A DNA stretch of 64,000 bases, taken from assembly GCA_016188545.1 (NCBI GenBank), contig JACPHO010000001.1, positions 175,336 to 239,335 of the forward strand. The letters run 5' to 3'. Below the pieces are notes generated by a model that saw only the letters and a program-made list of their open reading frames with translations, was not told the DNA's origin and made no database searches. Numbering within the stretch: the stretch's first letter is position 1; each line of letters starts with the position of its first letter. The translations under genes were made by a program, and so were the position numbers. Positions 47,044 through 57,120 of this stretch are shown here, piece by piece. This stretch comes from Candidatus Shapirobacteria bacterium. Its GTDB lineage: Bacteria; Patescibacteriota; Microgenomatia; UBA12405.

Positions 47044-47759
47044 AACAATCTTCTGGCATTACTATCAATTTGGTTTTCTGTTTCTTCCAAGCTTACTTTC
47101 CACAATTTACTAACGGTCTCATATACGTATCTGACGTATTCCGGGTAATTAGTCTGACCCTTGAAGGGGATGGGTGCCAACTCCGGTGAGTCGGTTTCCA
47201 AAACCAGTCTGTCTTTGGGTATATTTAGCACTACTTCTTGTAGACCTGGCTCATATGTTAGATTACCGTCAATTCCAAAATACCACTCCCCTTCCATATT
47301 CATTATCCGACTTATTCTCTTTTTACCTCCGCTATAACAGTGGACAACCCCTTTCAGGTTTTTGTAAGAGGTGAGTGTCTCGATTGTTTCGTCCATCGCC
47401 TTCCGGCTATGGATAATTAGTGGTTTGTCGTATTTTATTGCCAATTCAATTTGTCCTCGGAACAATTCTGTTTGTTTATCCAAATCATAGTCTCTCGAAA
47501 AATCCATCCCACATTCCCCCACCGCCACTATCTGCTTGTTTTTTATTAACATTTCCTCCAGTTCAAAAATGGCTGTGTCTATCTCAATAGGCACATCTTG
47601 GGGGTGGATGCCTACAGCTGGGTAGAGTCTATCATTTTCTCGAGATAGATTTAAGTTTACCCCCGAATCTTCTATGTTGCTAGCCGATAAAATTACCAGT
47701 TCTAAACCGTCAATTTTTAGTTCGTCATCCATTCTAATATGGGCGTGTGTGTCAATCAT
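47034..47759 (-). CDS. tatD: TatD-family metal-dependent hydrolase/DNase
   Basis: IDTHAHI, HCYSG motifs. Confidence 0.8.
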   Translation of the reverse strand: MIDTHAHIRMDDELKIDGLELVILSASNIEDSGVNLNLSRENDRLYPAVGIHPQDVPIEIDTAIFELEEMLIKNKQIVAVGECGMDFSRDYDLDKQTELFRGQIELAIKYDKPLIIHSRKAMDETIETLTSYKNLKGVVHCYSGGKKRISRIMNMEGEWYFGIDGNLTYEPGLQEVVLNIPKDRLVLETDSPELAPIPFKGQTNYPEYVRYVYETVSKLWKVSLEETENQIDSNARRLFQV

Positions 47760-47782
47760 TCTACTATTTTACTCCATGCTAA

Positions 47783-48114
47783 TATACGGTATGGGGTTGA
47801 ATAGGTTAGTCGACACTAGTGGAAAAGTTATTAAAATTAAACTTGACGACGAGGCACTTCCTCTGTTCACGTTTTCAGACCCAACGCCACGTTTTGCCCA
47901 TGACAACTGTGAAGATGTATACCTTTATGATGTCTGTGGCATTAGACTCCGAACTCTAAACGGACTAAAAGCCTCACCACATTTTTTGGCCCACCGGTTT
48001 AATGGTGGTCAAAGCGGAGATTTTGTAGCTATAGAGCTTCGCAAAGCCAAGATAATGACTTTTATTTCTGAACCACATGAGATAGTCGCTGCGCTAAGAG
48101 AGCTGGGTTACTAG
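47783..48114 (+). CDS. Hypothetical protein
   Basis: Internal ATG of ORF 47674-48114; no domain recognised. Confidence 0.3.
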
Positions 48115-48347
48115 TATATAATATTGCATGTCGCTCCAAGACACGCTTGACAAAATTCACTCTGAGCTTGTCACTGAAGAAAAAGCTCTCCCGCCAGGAG
48201 TCAGGAATGCTATCGAAACAATTGACCTGATGAATGCAAGTGATGTAATACTAGGACGAACTTTGCCAAGTCCTTCCTCGAGTGGAGTCAGGAGAGTCGT
48301 TGTTGGCGGTACGATCAACCATCAAGATTTTTTAAATGCCGATGGGA

Positions 48348-50099
48348 TCAAGTGACCTCTACACCAATCTTCCCTTCAATCTTGAAAATCTTTGACTCAT
48401 TTTCTCCTCGTCCTAGTTCTCGTGCAGAGCAGAGCATCCCCTCAGAAATCACTCCATGGACTTTCCCCTTTTTAATTTTTACCTCTCCCCCGTTTTTATC
48501 TTTTACCTTCGCCCCAGGAAGTGCCACGGGGACAATCTGGCCGACCTCAAGGCTGTTATCACCACAAACTATTTTTAGTTCTTTTGATCCGACATTGACG
48601 GTAATAAGTTGAATTGATTGGTCAGCTAATTTCTCGATACCTACAACTTTCCCAACAATAATTTTTCCAGTTAGTACTTCCACTGGAGTTTCTTTAATTT
48701 CCACTCGTGGAAATAGTGGTTTCTCTAGTGCATTTATTTCTCCGGTCAATACCTCCTCAATAGTTTTGCAGGTATTTGGCATGATGCACGAAAGGTAGTT
48801 GGCCGCAGTTCTTAGGTTTTTTATACATTCAGTTAGAATATTTATTCGTAATGGGTCACTACTCTCTAGTTTCCATGGCGCCACTTCGTTCAGCCTGTTA
48901 TTTGATTTATCAATATATTCTTCAAACACCCAGCTTATCGCCTCATCAAAGCTTAATTCATCGATCAATTTAGAAAAATTACTACTTACTATTAACTCTT
49001 CACTATTAACTGTTAACTTCTCTCCCAGTTTGCACAGTCTACTTACAAGATTTCCAAAATTGTTCGCTAGATCTGCATTATATCTTTCGGCAAACCTACT
49101 TATTCCTACATCAGAATCATTTTCCGATGGAAAAGAGCGGGCAATCAAGTATCTAGTCCCATCAACCCCAAATTGGTCGACAAGTTGCTGTGGACTTATT
49201 ACATTACCAAGTGATTTGGACATCTTTTGTCCATCTACCATATAAAAGCTATGGGTGAAAGTTCTCCTGGGTAATCCAATATCAGCGGACAGTAGCATGG
49301 CTTGCCATATCACAGTATGAAACCACAGTATTTCTTTTCCCAGTAGATGTAAATCAGCTGGCCAAAAATCAGTTTTACCTTCTACAAACTGGGTAGCACT
49401 GTAGTAGTTGATTAAAGCGTCAAACCAGACATAGACTGTCTGACTTTTATCCCAAGGTAGGGGAATCCCCCACGACACATTCTCTCGAGAAAGTGAGATA
49501 TCAGTCACTCCCCCTTTCAGTTTTGCCAATACTTCTGCCTTTTTTCCTGCAGGAAATATATAGTTATCGTTTTCAATTTTTTCTATAATCTGAGGAACAT
49601 ATTTTGATAGTTTAAAAAACCAATTCTCCTCTGACTTTTTGACGGTTTTTTCGGGTGGGTGAAGAGGACAATGACCGTCGACTAGGTCTGTCTCAGTTAG
49701 GAATTTTTCACAACCAACACAATACCAGCCTTCGTACTTTGATTTATAAACATCACCTTTTTCATATATTTTGGTCAATAAGTCAGAAACCACCGTTTCG
49801 TGTTTTGGATCTGTTGTTCTAATAAAAAAATCATTCGATATATTCAGCGACTTCCAGGCACCAATAAACTTTGGAACAATCTTGTCACAATATACTTGGG
49901 GTGCAAGACCCATCTTTTCTGCACATTCGGACACTTTTTGTCCATGCTCGTCTGTCCCGGTTAAGAAAAAAACATCTTCATTTTTTTGGCGGTGAAGTCG
50001 GGCTACGATATCGGCTGCAACTGTAGTGCAGGTATGACCAATGTGGGGAACATCATTGATGTAATAAATTGGGGTGGTAATGTAAAAACTCTTATTCAT
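48348..50099 (-). CDS. metG: Methionyl-tRNA synthetase with C-terminal tRNA-binding domain
   Basis: HIGH (PHIGH), KMSKS, Zn knuckle CPLHP. Confidence 0.85.
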   Translation of the reverse strand: MNKSFYITTPIYYINDVPHIGHTCTTVAADIVARLHRQKNEDVFFLTGTDEHGQKVSECAEKMGLAPQVYCDKIVPKFIGAWKSLNISNDFFIRTTDPKHETVVSDLLTKIYEKGDVYKSKYEGWYCVGCEKFLTETDLVDGHCPLHPPEKTVKKSEENWFFKLSKYVPQIIEKIENDNYIFPAGKKAEVLAKLKGGVTDISLSRENVSWGIPLPWDKSQTVYVWFDALINYYSATQFVEGKTDFWPADLHLLGKEILWFHTVIWQAMLLSADIGLPRRTFTHSFYMVDGQKMSKSLGNVISPQQLVDQFGVDGTRYLIARSFPSENDSDVGISRFAERYNADLANNFGNLVSRLCKLGEKLTVNSEELIVSSNFSKLIDELSFDEAISWVFEEYIDKSNNRLNEVAPWKLESSDPLRINILTECIKNLRTAANYLSCIMPNTCKTIEEVLTGEINALEKPLFPRVEIKETPVEVLTGKIIVGKVVGIEKLADQSIQLITVNVGSKELKIVCGDNSLEVGQIVPVALPGAKVKDKNGGEVKIKKGKVHGVISEGMLCSARELGRGENESKIFKIEGKIGVEVT

Positions 50100-50170
50100 A
50101 AGAAAATGCTAAATATATAAAAAATATATCCTATTCTCGCCACGTTTGCCAATTTATTGGCATTACGTGG

Positions 50171-50491
50171 CTATTGCATTTTCTCAGCGACTTTTTTGGT
50201 TACAATTTTTCGGGACACTTTCTTGGCAGTTTTTTTAGTTATTTTTTTGACACCTTCCCCACCAATCTTTTTACTAAGCTGGGATTTCATTCGGGACACT
50301 TTGTTTTTGTGAAGTATGCCTTTTTTCTGTGCCTTATCCAAAATAGATTGAGCTTCCTTCATATTCTCGGCATTGGGCTGACCTAAAAACTTTTTGACAA
50401 GTTCTTTAAACCTGTTCTTAATTATAAGGTTAGCTTTGCGATTTTTAATCGATTTTCGCAGTGATTTTTTAGATGAGGCGCTGATTGGCAT
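50171..50491 (-). CDS. rpsT: 30S ribosomal protein S20 with Lys-rich C-terminal extension
   Basis: KSLRKSIKNRKANL..KGILHKNKVSRMKSQLSKKI aligns to S20 (..KGLIHKNKAARHKANL..). Confidence 0.6.
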   Translation of the reverse strand: MPISASSKKSLRKSIKNRKANLIIKNRFKELVKKFLGQPNAENMKEAQSILDKAQKKGILHKNKVSRMKSQLSKKIGGEGVKKITKKTAKKVSRKIVTKKVAEKMQ

Positions 50492-50552
50492 GAGTAGTAT
50501 TCTAACTGATGGACATTCTAAATACAAGAATTTATCACCCGCTCATAATATA

Positions 50553-52172
50553 ATGCTTCATATGGGCTTCCACGATCAAATTAAATCACTCAGTACCAAA
50601 AAACAACACAGCATTTTATCTGCAAGCTTGGTTTTGGCCATTACTTTCGGCTTGTCTGCTGTTTTGGGGTTTTTGCGAAGCCGGTTTCTTTACGCTCAAT
50701 TTTTCAATTGTTGTGTCCTAGAGCTAGACGCATACAACGCTGCTTTTAGACTCCCAGACTTAATTTTTAAGCTTTTGGTTACTGGCGCTTTGTCAGCATC
50801 ATTTATCCCTGTTTTCAGTTCTTATCTGCATAAAGACGAAAAAAAAGCATATGAGGTAGCCTCAACTGTTATCAATTTGCTTTTAATTTTCTTTACCATT
50901 GCCTCTGTCACGGTTTTGATATTTGCTAAACCACTTTCAGGAATTATCGCCCATGGTTTTACACCTGATCAGATTGATCTAATGACCAACCTCACCCGAA
51001 TACTCTTAGTCGCTCAGATCTTCTTTCTAATCAGCAATTTCCTAACCGGAATGCTTCAAGTTCATCAAGTATTCGTCGTCCCGGCTCTTTCGCCCATCGT
51101 TTATAACATATTCATTATCCTTTCCATCTTCTTCCTGGTACCTTCCTTTGGCATATATGGAGTAGCCATCGGTTGTGTCATTGGCGCATTTTTTCATCTC
51201 TTAATTCAAATTCCCGTTGCGAGAGCTTTAAAGGTCAAGTACTCATTCACCATCCAGCCAAAATTAGCCGGTGTTGGGGAAGTGGTTAGATTGATGATCC
51301 CCCGTAGTCTGTCGCTCGGCCTGGGCGAAATTGAAAATACTGTCACCCTCTTTTTTGCTAGTTCACTAACTGCGGGCTCAATCTCTCTTTTAAACCTTGC
51401 CCTACAGTTAATGTATCTACCTAGTCGCATATTTGGTACCACTGTTGGTCAGGCCTCTCTCCCGATGTTGTCTAAGAACATTGCCAGAAATGAAATGGAT
51501 ATTTTTAGAAACACCGTCAGAAAAACAATTTCCCAGAGCTTATTCATAGCCGTACCGATCACCGTCCTTGTTCTAGTTCACCGTTTAGCTATCATTCGTA
51601 TCGCCTTTGGTGCCAAACAATTTCCTTGGGGTGCCACACTTTTGACTGCCAAAACCTTGGCTTACTTGACTCCAGCAATTGTTAGTCAGGCTGTCATCCA
51701 GATTCTGGTACGTGCTTTTTATGCCATCCATGACACTAAAACTCCTTTAAAAATTTCTTTCTTTTCACTTTTAGTCAATGTAGTTTCCAGCTTTCTATTT
51801 GTTAATTACACTGATATGGGGATTTTAGGTTTAGCAATCAGTGCTTCACTCGGAAACCTTACCCAGTGTTTTGGTCTCTTTTATTCTTTTATAAAAATAG
51901 TTGATGGAGCTGGTTGGGAAAAGACAATCATGCACTATTTTAAGATTATTGTCGCTTCAGCTGTACTTGGGTTTACTTCCTGGTCATGCATGCGCTTTTT
52001 TGATATGTTTGTCCTCGATACCTCTAGAACTTTAAACCTAATAATCCTATCTTCTATTTCTGTTGTGATCAGCTTGGTTTTTTACTATTACACAGCGAAA
52101 GTCCTTAATATCTCCGAAGTTGATGACTATCGACACTACTTTCGTAAGTCCACTGCATTTTTCAGGAAATAG
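50553..52172 (+). CDS. murJ: Lipid II flippase MurJ/MviN
   Basis: 14-TM profile; DAYNAAFRLPDLIFKLLVTGALSASFIPVFS is the MurJ signature; the ORF start at 50394 overlaps rpsT, so an internal Met is used. Confidence 0.7.
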   Translation: MLHMGFHDQIKSLSTKKQHSILSASLVLAITFGLSAVLGFLRSRFLYAQFFNCCVLELDAYNAAFRLPDLIFKLLVTGALSASFIPVFSSYLHKDEKKAYEVASTVINLLLIFFTIASVTVLIFAKPLSGIIAHGFTPDQIDLMTNLTRILLVAQIFFLISNFLTGMLQVHQVFVVPALSPIVYNIFIILSIFFLVPSFGIYGVAIGCVIGAFFHLLIQIPVARALKVKYSFTIQPKLAGVGEVVRLMIPRSLSLGLGEIENTVTLFFASSLTAGSISLLNLALQLMYLPSRIFGTTVGQASLPMLSKNIARNEMDIFRNTVRKTISQSLFIAVPITVLVLVHRLAIIRIAFGAKQFPWGATLLTAKTLAYLTPAIVSQAVIQILVRAFYAIHDTKTPLKISFFSLLVNVVSSFLFVNYTDMGILGLAISASLGNLTQCFGLFYSFIKIVDGAGWEKTIMHYFKIIVASAVLGFTSWSCMRFFDMFVLDTSRTLNLIILSSISVVISLVFYYYTAKVLNISEVDDYRHYFRKSTAFFRK

Positions 52173-52223
52173 TTTGTTTTACCCTGTATTTTAATTTGTC
52201 AGAAATGTATATATACTGTTTAT

Positions 52224-52787
52224 ATGCCCGTCAAAAAGGATATATCCTTTTTACCAGATCAGGAGAATATAAATTCATTTTCCGCGAGGACAATACGTTG
52301 GTTAACCTCGGTTGGACGCTTCGTTATTGTCTTTACAGAATTGATCGTTATTTGCGCCTTTTTATCGCGGTTTTGGTTGGATCGGACGAACTCTGATCTT
52401 TCTGAGATAGTTCGTCAACAGAAAGCCATTCTTGACAGTACTTCTGATTTTGAGGTCGAGTATGCACAGCTTCAAAAGAAACTTGCTGTTATCAAAAAGT
52501 TTTATGCCAACCAACCTGAGTATGAATCAAAAGTCGCCACATTAGTTGAAAGCACTCCAGAAGATGTAAATTTCAACAGTTTATTAATTAATCATAGTGC
52601 TCAGAGTAATGAGGTGACTGCCTTAATTACCTTATCGGCGTACCAAGAATCTGCTATCATCAATTTCATCACCAATCTTATTGCGAATCCTAAGATCACC
52701 TCAGTAGATATCAGAACTATCGAGAAAAAACCAAACGACACTAAATATAACGTCAATTTGTCATTAGTATTTTCCAAAAAGTCATGA
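52224..52787 (+). CDS. PilN-like type IV pilus assembly protein
   Basis: Short cytoplasmic N-terminus (ISFLP ~ INLLP), single TM, coiled coil, periplasmic domain. Confidence 0.4.
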   Translation: MPVKKDISFLPDQENINSFSARTIRWLTSVGRFVIVFTELIVICAFLSRFWLDRTNSDLSEIVRQQKAILDSTSDFEVEYAQLQKKLAVIKKFYANQPEYESKVATLVESTPEDVNFNSLLINHSAQSNEVTALITLSAYQESAIINFITNLIANPKITSVDIRTIEKKPNDTKYNVNLSLVFSKKS

Positions 52788-53440
52788 GTTTGAATTTAAA
52801 CCCACAAGTCTCCCGGGTCAAGCCACTTTTTGACTACATAAAGAAACAACAAGAAAATCGTAAAATTATAAAGTCTGTGGAGATTGGTGCTACTTTTATT
52901 CTTATCACCTTTTTTCTTATGTTTGCTCTACGTCCTACAGTTATTACTATCTCTACTTTAAAAGGCGACATCGAATCAAAGAAAATTCTTAAAGAAGAAC
53001 TGCGAAACAAAATAAACAAAGTTATCATCGCTCAAGATTTGTTTTCACAGGTTCAGGAAAGATATCATGTTGTCAATTCTAGTTTGCCAGATAAACCAAA
53101 CTATTATGAATCGTCATCCATTATTCGACAGATAGGACAAAAGTATAGCATTCCTGCTGACTCAATGGCATTCAACTTAGAAGCTGGCGAGGTCAAAGAA
53201 GATCCTGGTATTCAAGCATATAATATCTCAGTTGGTGTCAATGGACCATTTACTAATGCCCTAAGCTTTGCCACTGAAATTCTCAAAAATCGCCGTACTA
53301 ATTATATTAGTGCCCTTAATTTTGTTAATTCTACTGAAACAAACAACAGCTCAGCCAGTCCTAGTGCTTCTACAAATGGGGTTAACACAAAATTTTCCAC
53401 AGTTTTTTATTATTGGCCACCTATCAATGAAAAAAAGTAA
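52784..53440 (+). CDS. PilO-like type IV pilus assembly protein
   Basis: Bitopic topology and coiled coil; 4-nt overlap with the pilN-like gene. Confidence 0.4.
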   Translation: MSLNLNPQVSRVKPLFDYIKKQQENRKIIKSVEIGATFILITFFLMFALRPTVITISTLKGDIESKKILKEELRNKINKVIIAQDLFSQVQERYHVVNSSLPDKPNYYESSSIIRQIGQKYSIPADSMAFNLEAGEVKEDPGIQAYNISVGVNGPFTNALSFATEILKNRRTNYISALNFVNSTETNNSSASPSASTNGVNTKFSTVFYYWPPINEKK

Positions 53441-53684
53441 GTTATCATCCTATTTTCTACTGTTAAGTATTTTTACTTTCGCTGCTACATTCTTTTATAT
53501 AGTCCAAAAGAGTTATGACAGTTTAATGAAACCTATTACAGAAGTTAAGCAAAGCGTTATTATAAAATCAATTGATCCAAATCTAGACATCTCAACTCTC
53601 GACGAAATCGAAAAAAGAAATGCAGTTAATTACATTATTACCGCCATCCCAACAACAGAACCTACATTTGTAGAATCACCATGA
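53427..53684 (+). CDS. Small membrane-anchored protein (possibly PilP-like)
   Basis: MKKSKLSSYFLLLSIFTFAATFFYIV; overlaps neighbours. Confidence 0.25.
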   Translation: MKKSKLSSYFLLLSIFTFAATFFYIVQKSYDSLMKPITEVKQSVIIKSIDPNLDISTLDEIEKRNAVNYIITAIPTTEPTFVESP

Positions 53685-54973
53685 AAAAAGAGCTAAGATT
53701 TCCCACCATCCTTGGACTGATACTACTCATCATTTCAATTGCAGCTGGAGTATATTTATCTGGATCAAAAGTAACTCTAGGATCAAAAGCGTCTGGAGGC
53801 TGTAGTCCCCAAAATGTTCAAGTTACTAACCTCACTCATGTTAGTGCCAATATATCTTTTGTAACCACTTCCACCTGTCAGGCAACCATTGACATCAATA
53901 ATCAAACTGTCTTTGACCTAAAACTTGAAACACTAAACAATCCAGACTTAGTGACACACGTTCACTACTTCGAAATCAAAAGACTTAAGGAAAAAACATC
54001 TTATGACTTCTCTATTATCTCCGGTGGAAACACGTTTAACGATAGTATTTATAAATTTACTACCGGCTCCCTACCATCATCGGCTACTCCGACATCTAAT
54101 TTGGCTTGGGGTAAAGTGTTTGCTCCGGACGGTAAAACCCCTGGTAATGCTATTGTCTATCTAAATATTCCCGGTGCCTACCCACTATCATCTATCGTGA
54201 CAACTAATGGCAACTGGTCGATTTCTCTAGCCAATACATTCAATGAAACCAAGAACAATTGGTTTACCCAGCCAGTTGATCCCACTAATGAAGATATTAT
54301 TGTGATCGCCGAAGATGGAGTTACGACTCAGGTCGTAAACAGCACATCAAGAAACAATCCAGTCCCAAATATTATTATTGGTACCAATTCTTTAGACGCA
54401 GCAGATCCACTTCCCACTGAAGCTCCTCAAACAGGTCAGCTCCAATCAGTCACTCCAGTAGTTAGTCAAAAGAACATCGACATTACCAATCCGAAAGACG
54501 GTGATATGATCAATATTAGCCGCCCTGATTTTTTTGGTAGTGCCCCTATAAATACCCGGGTGGTTATTGAAGTTCATTCTACCCAAGCCATTAATGGTGA
54601 AACCATCACCGATTCTACGGGAGCTTGGCACTGGTCACCACCTCAAAATCTAACTCCAGGAGAACACACTATAACTGTAAAATCACAAAACGGTACGACT
54701 GGTATTTGGGAAATGGTTACCAGAAAATTCACAGTTCTAGCAGCAGACAGTGGTGGTCCCGCTTTCGAAGCTTCAGGATCAGCTATCACCCCAACCCTAG
54801 TACCAACTACCATTCCCACCATTGCTCCCACAGAGACACCAGTCCCAACTGAGCGTGTTGCAAAACCAAGTACTACAGTCAAGCCACCAGTGACTGGAAA
54901 CTATATTCCAACCGTTGCAATCATTTTCTTCTCTAGCATTTTTATATTAATATCGTATAAACTACTTTTGTGA
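53681..54973 (+). CDS. Secreted surface protein with a PT-rich stalk and C-terminal hydrophobic anchor
   Basis: Signal/TM; Ig/FN3-like beta-rich body; C-terminal ..KPPVTGN-[19 hydrophobic]-KLLL. Confidence 0.5.
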   Translation: MKKELRFPTILGLILLIISIAAGVYLSGSKVTLGSKASGGCSPQNVQVTNLTHVSANISFVTTSTCQATIDINNQTVFDLKLETLNNPDLVTHVHYFEIKRLKEKTSYDFSIISGGNTFNDSIYKFTTGSLPSSATPTSNLAWGKVFAPDGKTPGNAIVYLNIPGAYPLSSIVTTNGNWSISLANTFNETKNNWFTQPVDPTNEDIIVIAEDGVTTQVVNSTSRNNPVPNIIIGTNSLDAADPLPTEAPQTGQLQSVTPVVSQKNIDITNPKDGDMINISRPDFFGSAPINTRVVIEVHSTQAINGETITDSTGAWHWSPPQNLTPGEHTITVKSQNGTTGIWEMVTRKFTVLAADSGGPAFEASGSAITPTLVPTTIPTIAPTETPVPTERVAKPSTTVKPPVTGNYIPTVAIIFFSSIFILISYKLLL

Positions 54974-56193
54974 AACAATCATTGTTTTATTATTGGCGAT
55001 ACCAAATTTTAACAGTGTTGTTTTTGTTGCTCTCTCTCGGAGGAACAATGTATCTAGTGAAACTCAACCAAGACAACCGCAACCGAGCTGCTGGTACCTG
55101 TTGGGCTAAGTGTACTTGTAGTTGCGGTAAATCTTTTTGTGCTGATCCAAAAGGTGGTGGTTGTGCCGCGGAATGTAAAGATGCTTGTCCCGTTAAACCT
55201 CTACCAACCAAACCCTCAGATGACGAAAAACTTCCAGCTAATACCAAGGATGCCTGTACTGCCAGTGGAGGTTTTTGGTGTGGTAAGTACGCTTCAGGTT
55301 GTGGCGGTTTTTGTACCAGCGGTAAAACCAAAACCTGCAACCAACTTCTTCAGGAAGCCTGTCCCAAAGATACTGTTGTTTTAGGAACTGTTAAATGTGT
55401 TCAAAATACTTCAGGTGCCTGGGTAGCCGACCCTGCCATGAACTATAATCCAAATACCACTGGTCCAAACGCTATCGGTGTTGTTAATGGTAAAAGTGTC
55501 CTTCAGCAAGTTAACGAGCAATGTGCCGCCCAAATGAAAAACGGTGGTTTTGCCACTGGTACCCAAGCTTATTTGTGTAAAATTGGAGTCAAGGGTTATA
55601 CTGGAGGCGCTTGTACAGCCAATAATGGAGTTTCTTTTACCGGAAAACTAGGATGTTTTTGTGGTATAGTTCAGGTTGACACCCCTACCGGTCACACCAG
55701 TTATTCCAGCAATTGTAGTTGCGTCAAGCCGACTACTCCAAAAGCTACCACAGTCCCCACCAAAAAGCCCACCCCCACCCCAACTAAAAAATCGACTCTA
55801 ACCCCTACCAAGACACCAACTCCCACTCGGACTCCAACTCCCACTCGGACTCCAACTCCCACTCGGACACCAACTCCCACTCGGACTCCAACTCCCACTC
55901 GGACTCCCACTCCCACCATTACTCCAACAGGTACCCAATCCCCCACAATGACGCCATCCCCAACAAATATCCCAACCGAAACACCAACTTCAACCATGAC
56001 TCCAACTGGTACTCAAGTCCCAACAAATTCCCCAACTGACACTCCAGCACCCACCAACACTCCTGTATATATTGCCGAAGGTCCATCTCCCACCAGAATT
56101 GTTTTACCAAACTCTGGTTTCGAGTTCCCAATTCAGGTATTAACAGTTGTTGGAATAATTACTACATTACTTGGCTTCTTTATTTTGCTCTAA
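54970..56193 (+). CDS. Cys-rich secreted protein with (TPTPTR)n stalk and LPNSG-hydrophobic C-terminus
   Basis: ~28 Cys in the N-terminal 250 aa; tandem TPTPTR repeats; C-terminal [30 protein letters not shown]. Confidence 0.5.
   Translation: MKQSLFYYWRYQILTVLFLLLSLGGTMYLVKLNQDNRNRAAGTCWAKCTCSCGKSFCADPKGGGCAAECKDACPVKPLPTKPSDDEKLPANTKDACTASGGFWCGKYASGCGGFCTSGKTKTCNQLLQEACPKDTVVLGTVKCVQNTSGAWVADPAMNYNPNTTGPNAIGVVNGKSVLQQVNEQCAAQMKNGGFATGTQAYLCKIGVKGYTGGACTANNGVSFTGKLGCFCGIVQVDTPTGHTSYSSNCSCVKPTTPKATTVPTKKPTPTPTKKSTLTPTKTPTPTRTPTPTRTPTPTRTPTPTRTPTPTRTPTPTITPTGTQSPTMTPSPTNIPTETPTSTMTPTGTQVPTNSPTDTPAPTNTPVYIAEGPSPTRIVLPNSGFEFPIQVLTVVGIITTLLGFFILL
55812..55910 (+). repeat. Tandem repeat: 18-bp unit ACTCCAACTCCCACTCGG x5 plus partial copies
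   Basis: Read directly; encodes the (TPTPTR)5 linker. Confidence 0.9.
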
Positions 56194-56196
56194 TAA

Positions 56197-57120
56197 ATGA
56201 CAACCAGGTTTCCAGTAATATCCGCAATCGAAGCACTTCGTCCAGCTCAATGGATAAAAAACCTCAGCGTTTTTGCTGCCGTTATTTTAAACGGCCAGTT
56301 ATTCAACCCTATTAGTATCATCCCTTCAATTCTCGCTTTTTTTTCCTACTCCGCTCTTTCATCATCTTCTTACTTAGTTAATGATATTTTAGATGCCCCT
56401 AAAGATAGACAACACCCATATAAAAAACACCGACCAATTGCTAGAGGTGATGTCCCAATTCCATTAGCTGTTTTCATGGCATTTTTTCTATTATTTGTCG
56501 GACTAGGTATCTCAATGATAATCAGTCCAGGATTCTTTCTAGTAGCTTTAGTTTTTATTATTCTTCAATACTCCTATTCATTTTTCTTCAAGAAAAAAGC
56601 CGTCGTCGACATTGCTGGAATTTCATTATTTTTTATTATCCGAGCCTATGCTGGAGAAATTGCTTCGGGATATCATTTACCTATATGGATCATGCTGACA
56701 GTAATTTTCCTTTCATTGTTTATTGCTAGTGGAAAACGACGTAGTGAATTAGTTAATACTGGTGTTAAAACCAGATCTTCCTTAGGTGGATATGGTCGAA
56801 CGTTATTAAATTTCTATACTACTATGTTTGCTGTTTGCACTTTAATAGCTTATTCCATGTTTGCCTTTTTCGAAGACAAAATTCAGTTTCAAGGAATCAT
56901 CCATAAGTTTTTATTACAAAATTTTCCAGTAGCTCTGGATAGAAAATGGTATATGCTATCCATAGCTCCAGTTATTTACGGTATTATGCGCTATGGACAA
57001 ATAATTTTTGAAATGCAAGAAGGTGAACGTCCTGAAAGAGTTATTGCCACCGACATCCCCTTACTGTTTTCTGTAGTATCATGGGGACTTATGATAGTCA
57101 CCATTATCTATGTCCTTTAG
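56197..57120 (+). CDS. UbiA-family decaprenyl-phosphate phosphoribosyltransferase (DPPR synthase, Rv3806c-like)
   Basis: NDILDAPKDRQHPYKKHRPIARGDV closely parallels the Rv3806c-type NDxxDxxxDRxHPxKxxRPIAxG motif; 8-9 TM helices. Confidence 0.65.
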   Translation: MTTRFPVISAIEALRPAQWIKNLSVFAAVILNGQLFNPISIIPSILAFFSYSALSSSSYLVNDILDAPKDRQHPYKKHRPIARGDVPIPLAVFMAFFLLFVGLGISMIISPGFFLVALVFIILQYSYSFFFKKKAVVDIAGISLFFIIRAYAGEIASGYHLPIWIMLTVIFLSLFIASGKRRSELVNTGVKTRSSLGGYGRTLLNFYTTMFAVCTLIAYSMFAFFEDKIQFQGIIHKFLLQNFPVALDRKWYMLSIAPVIYGIMRYGQIIFEMQEGERPERVIATDIPLLFSVVSWGLMIVTIIYVL

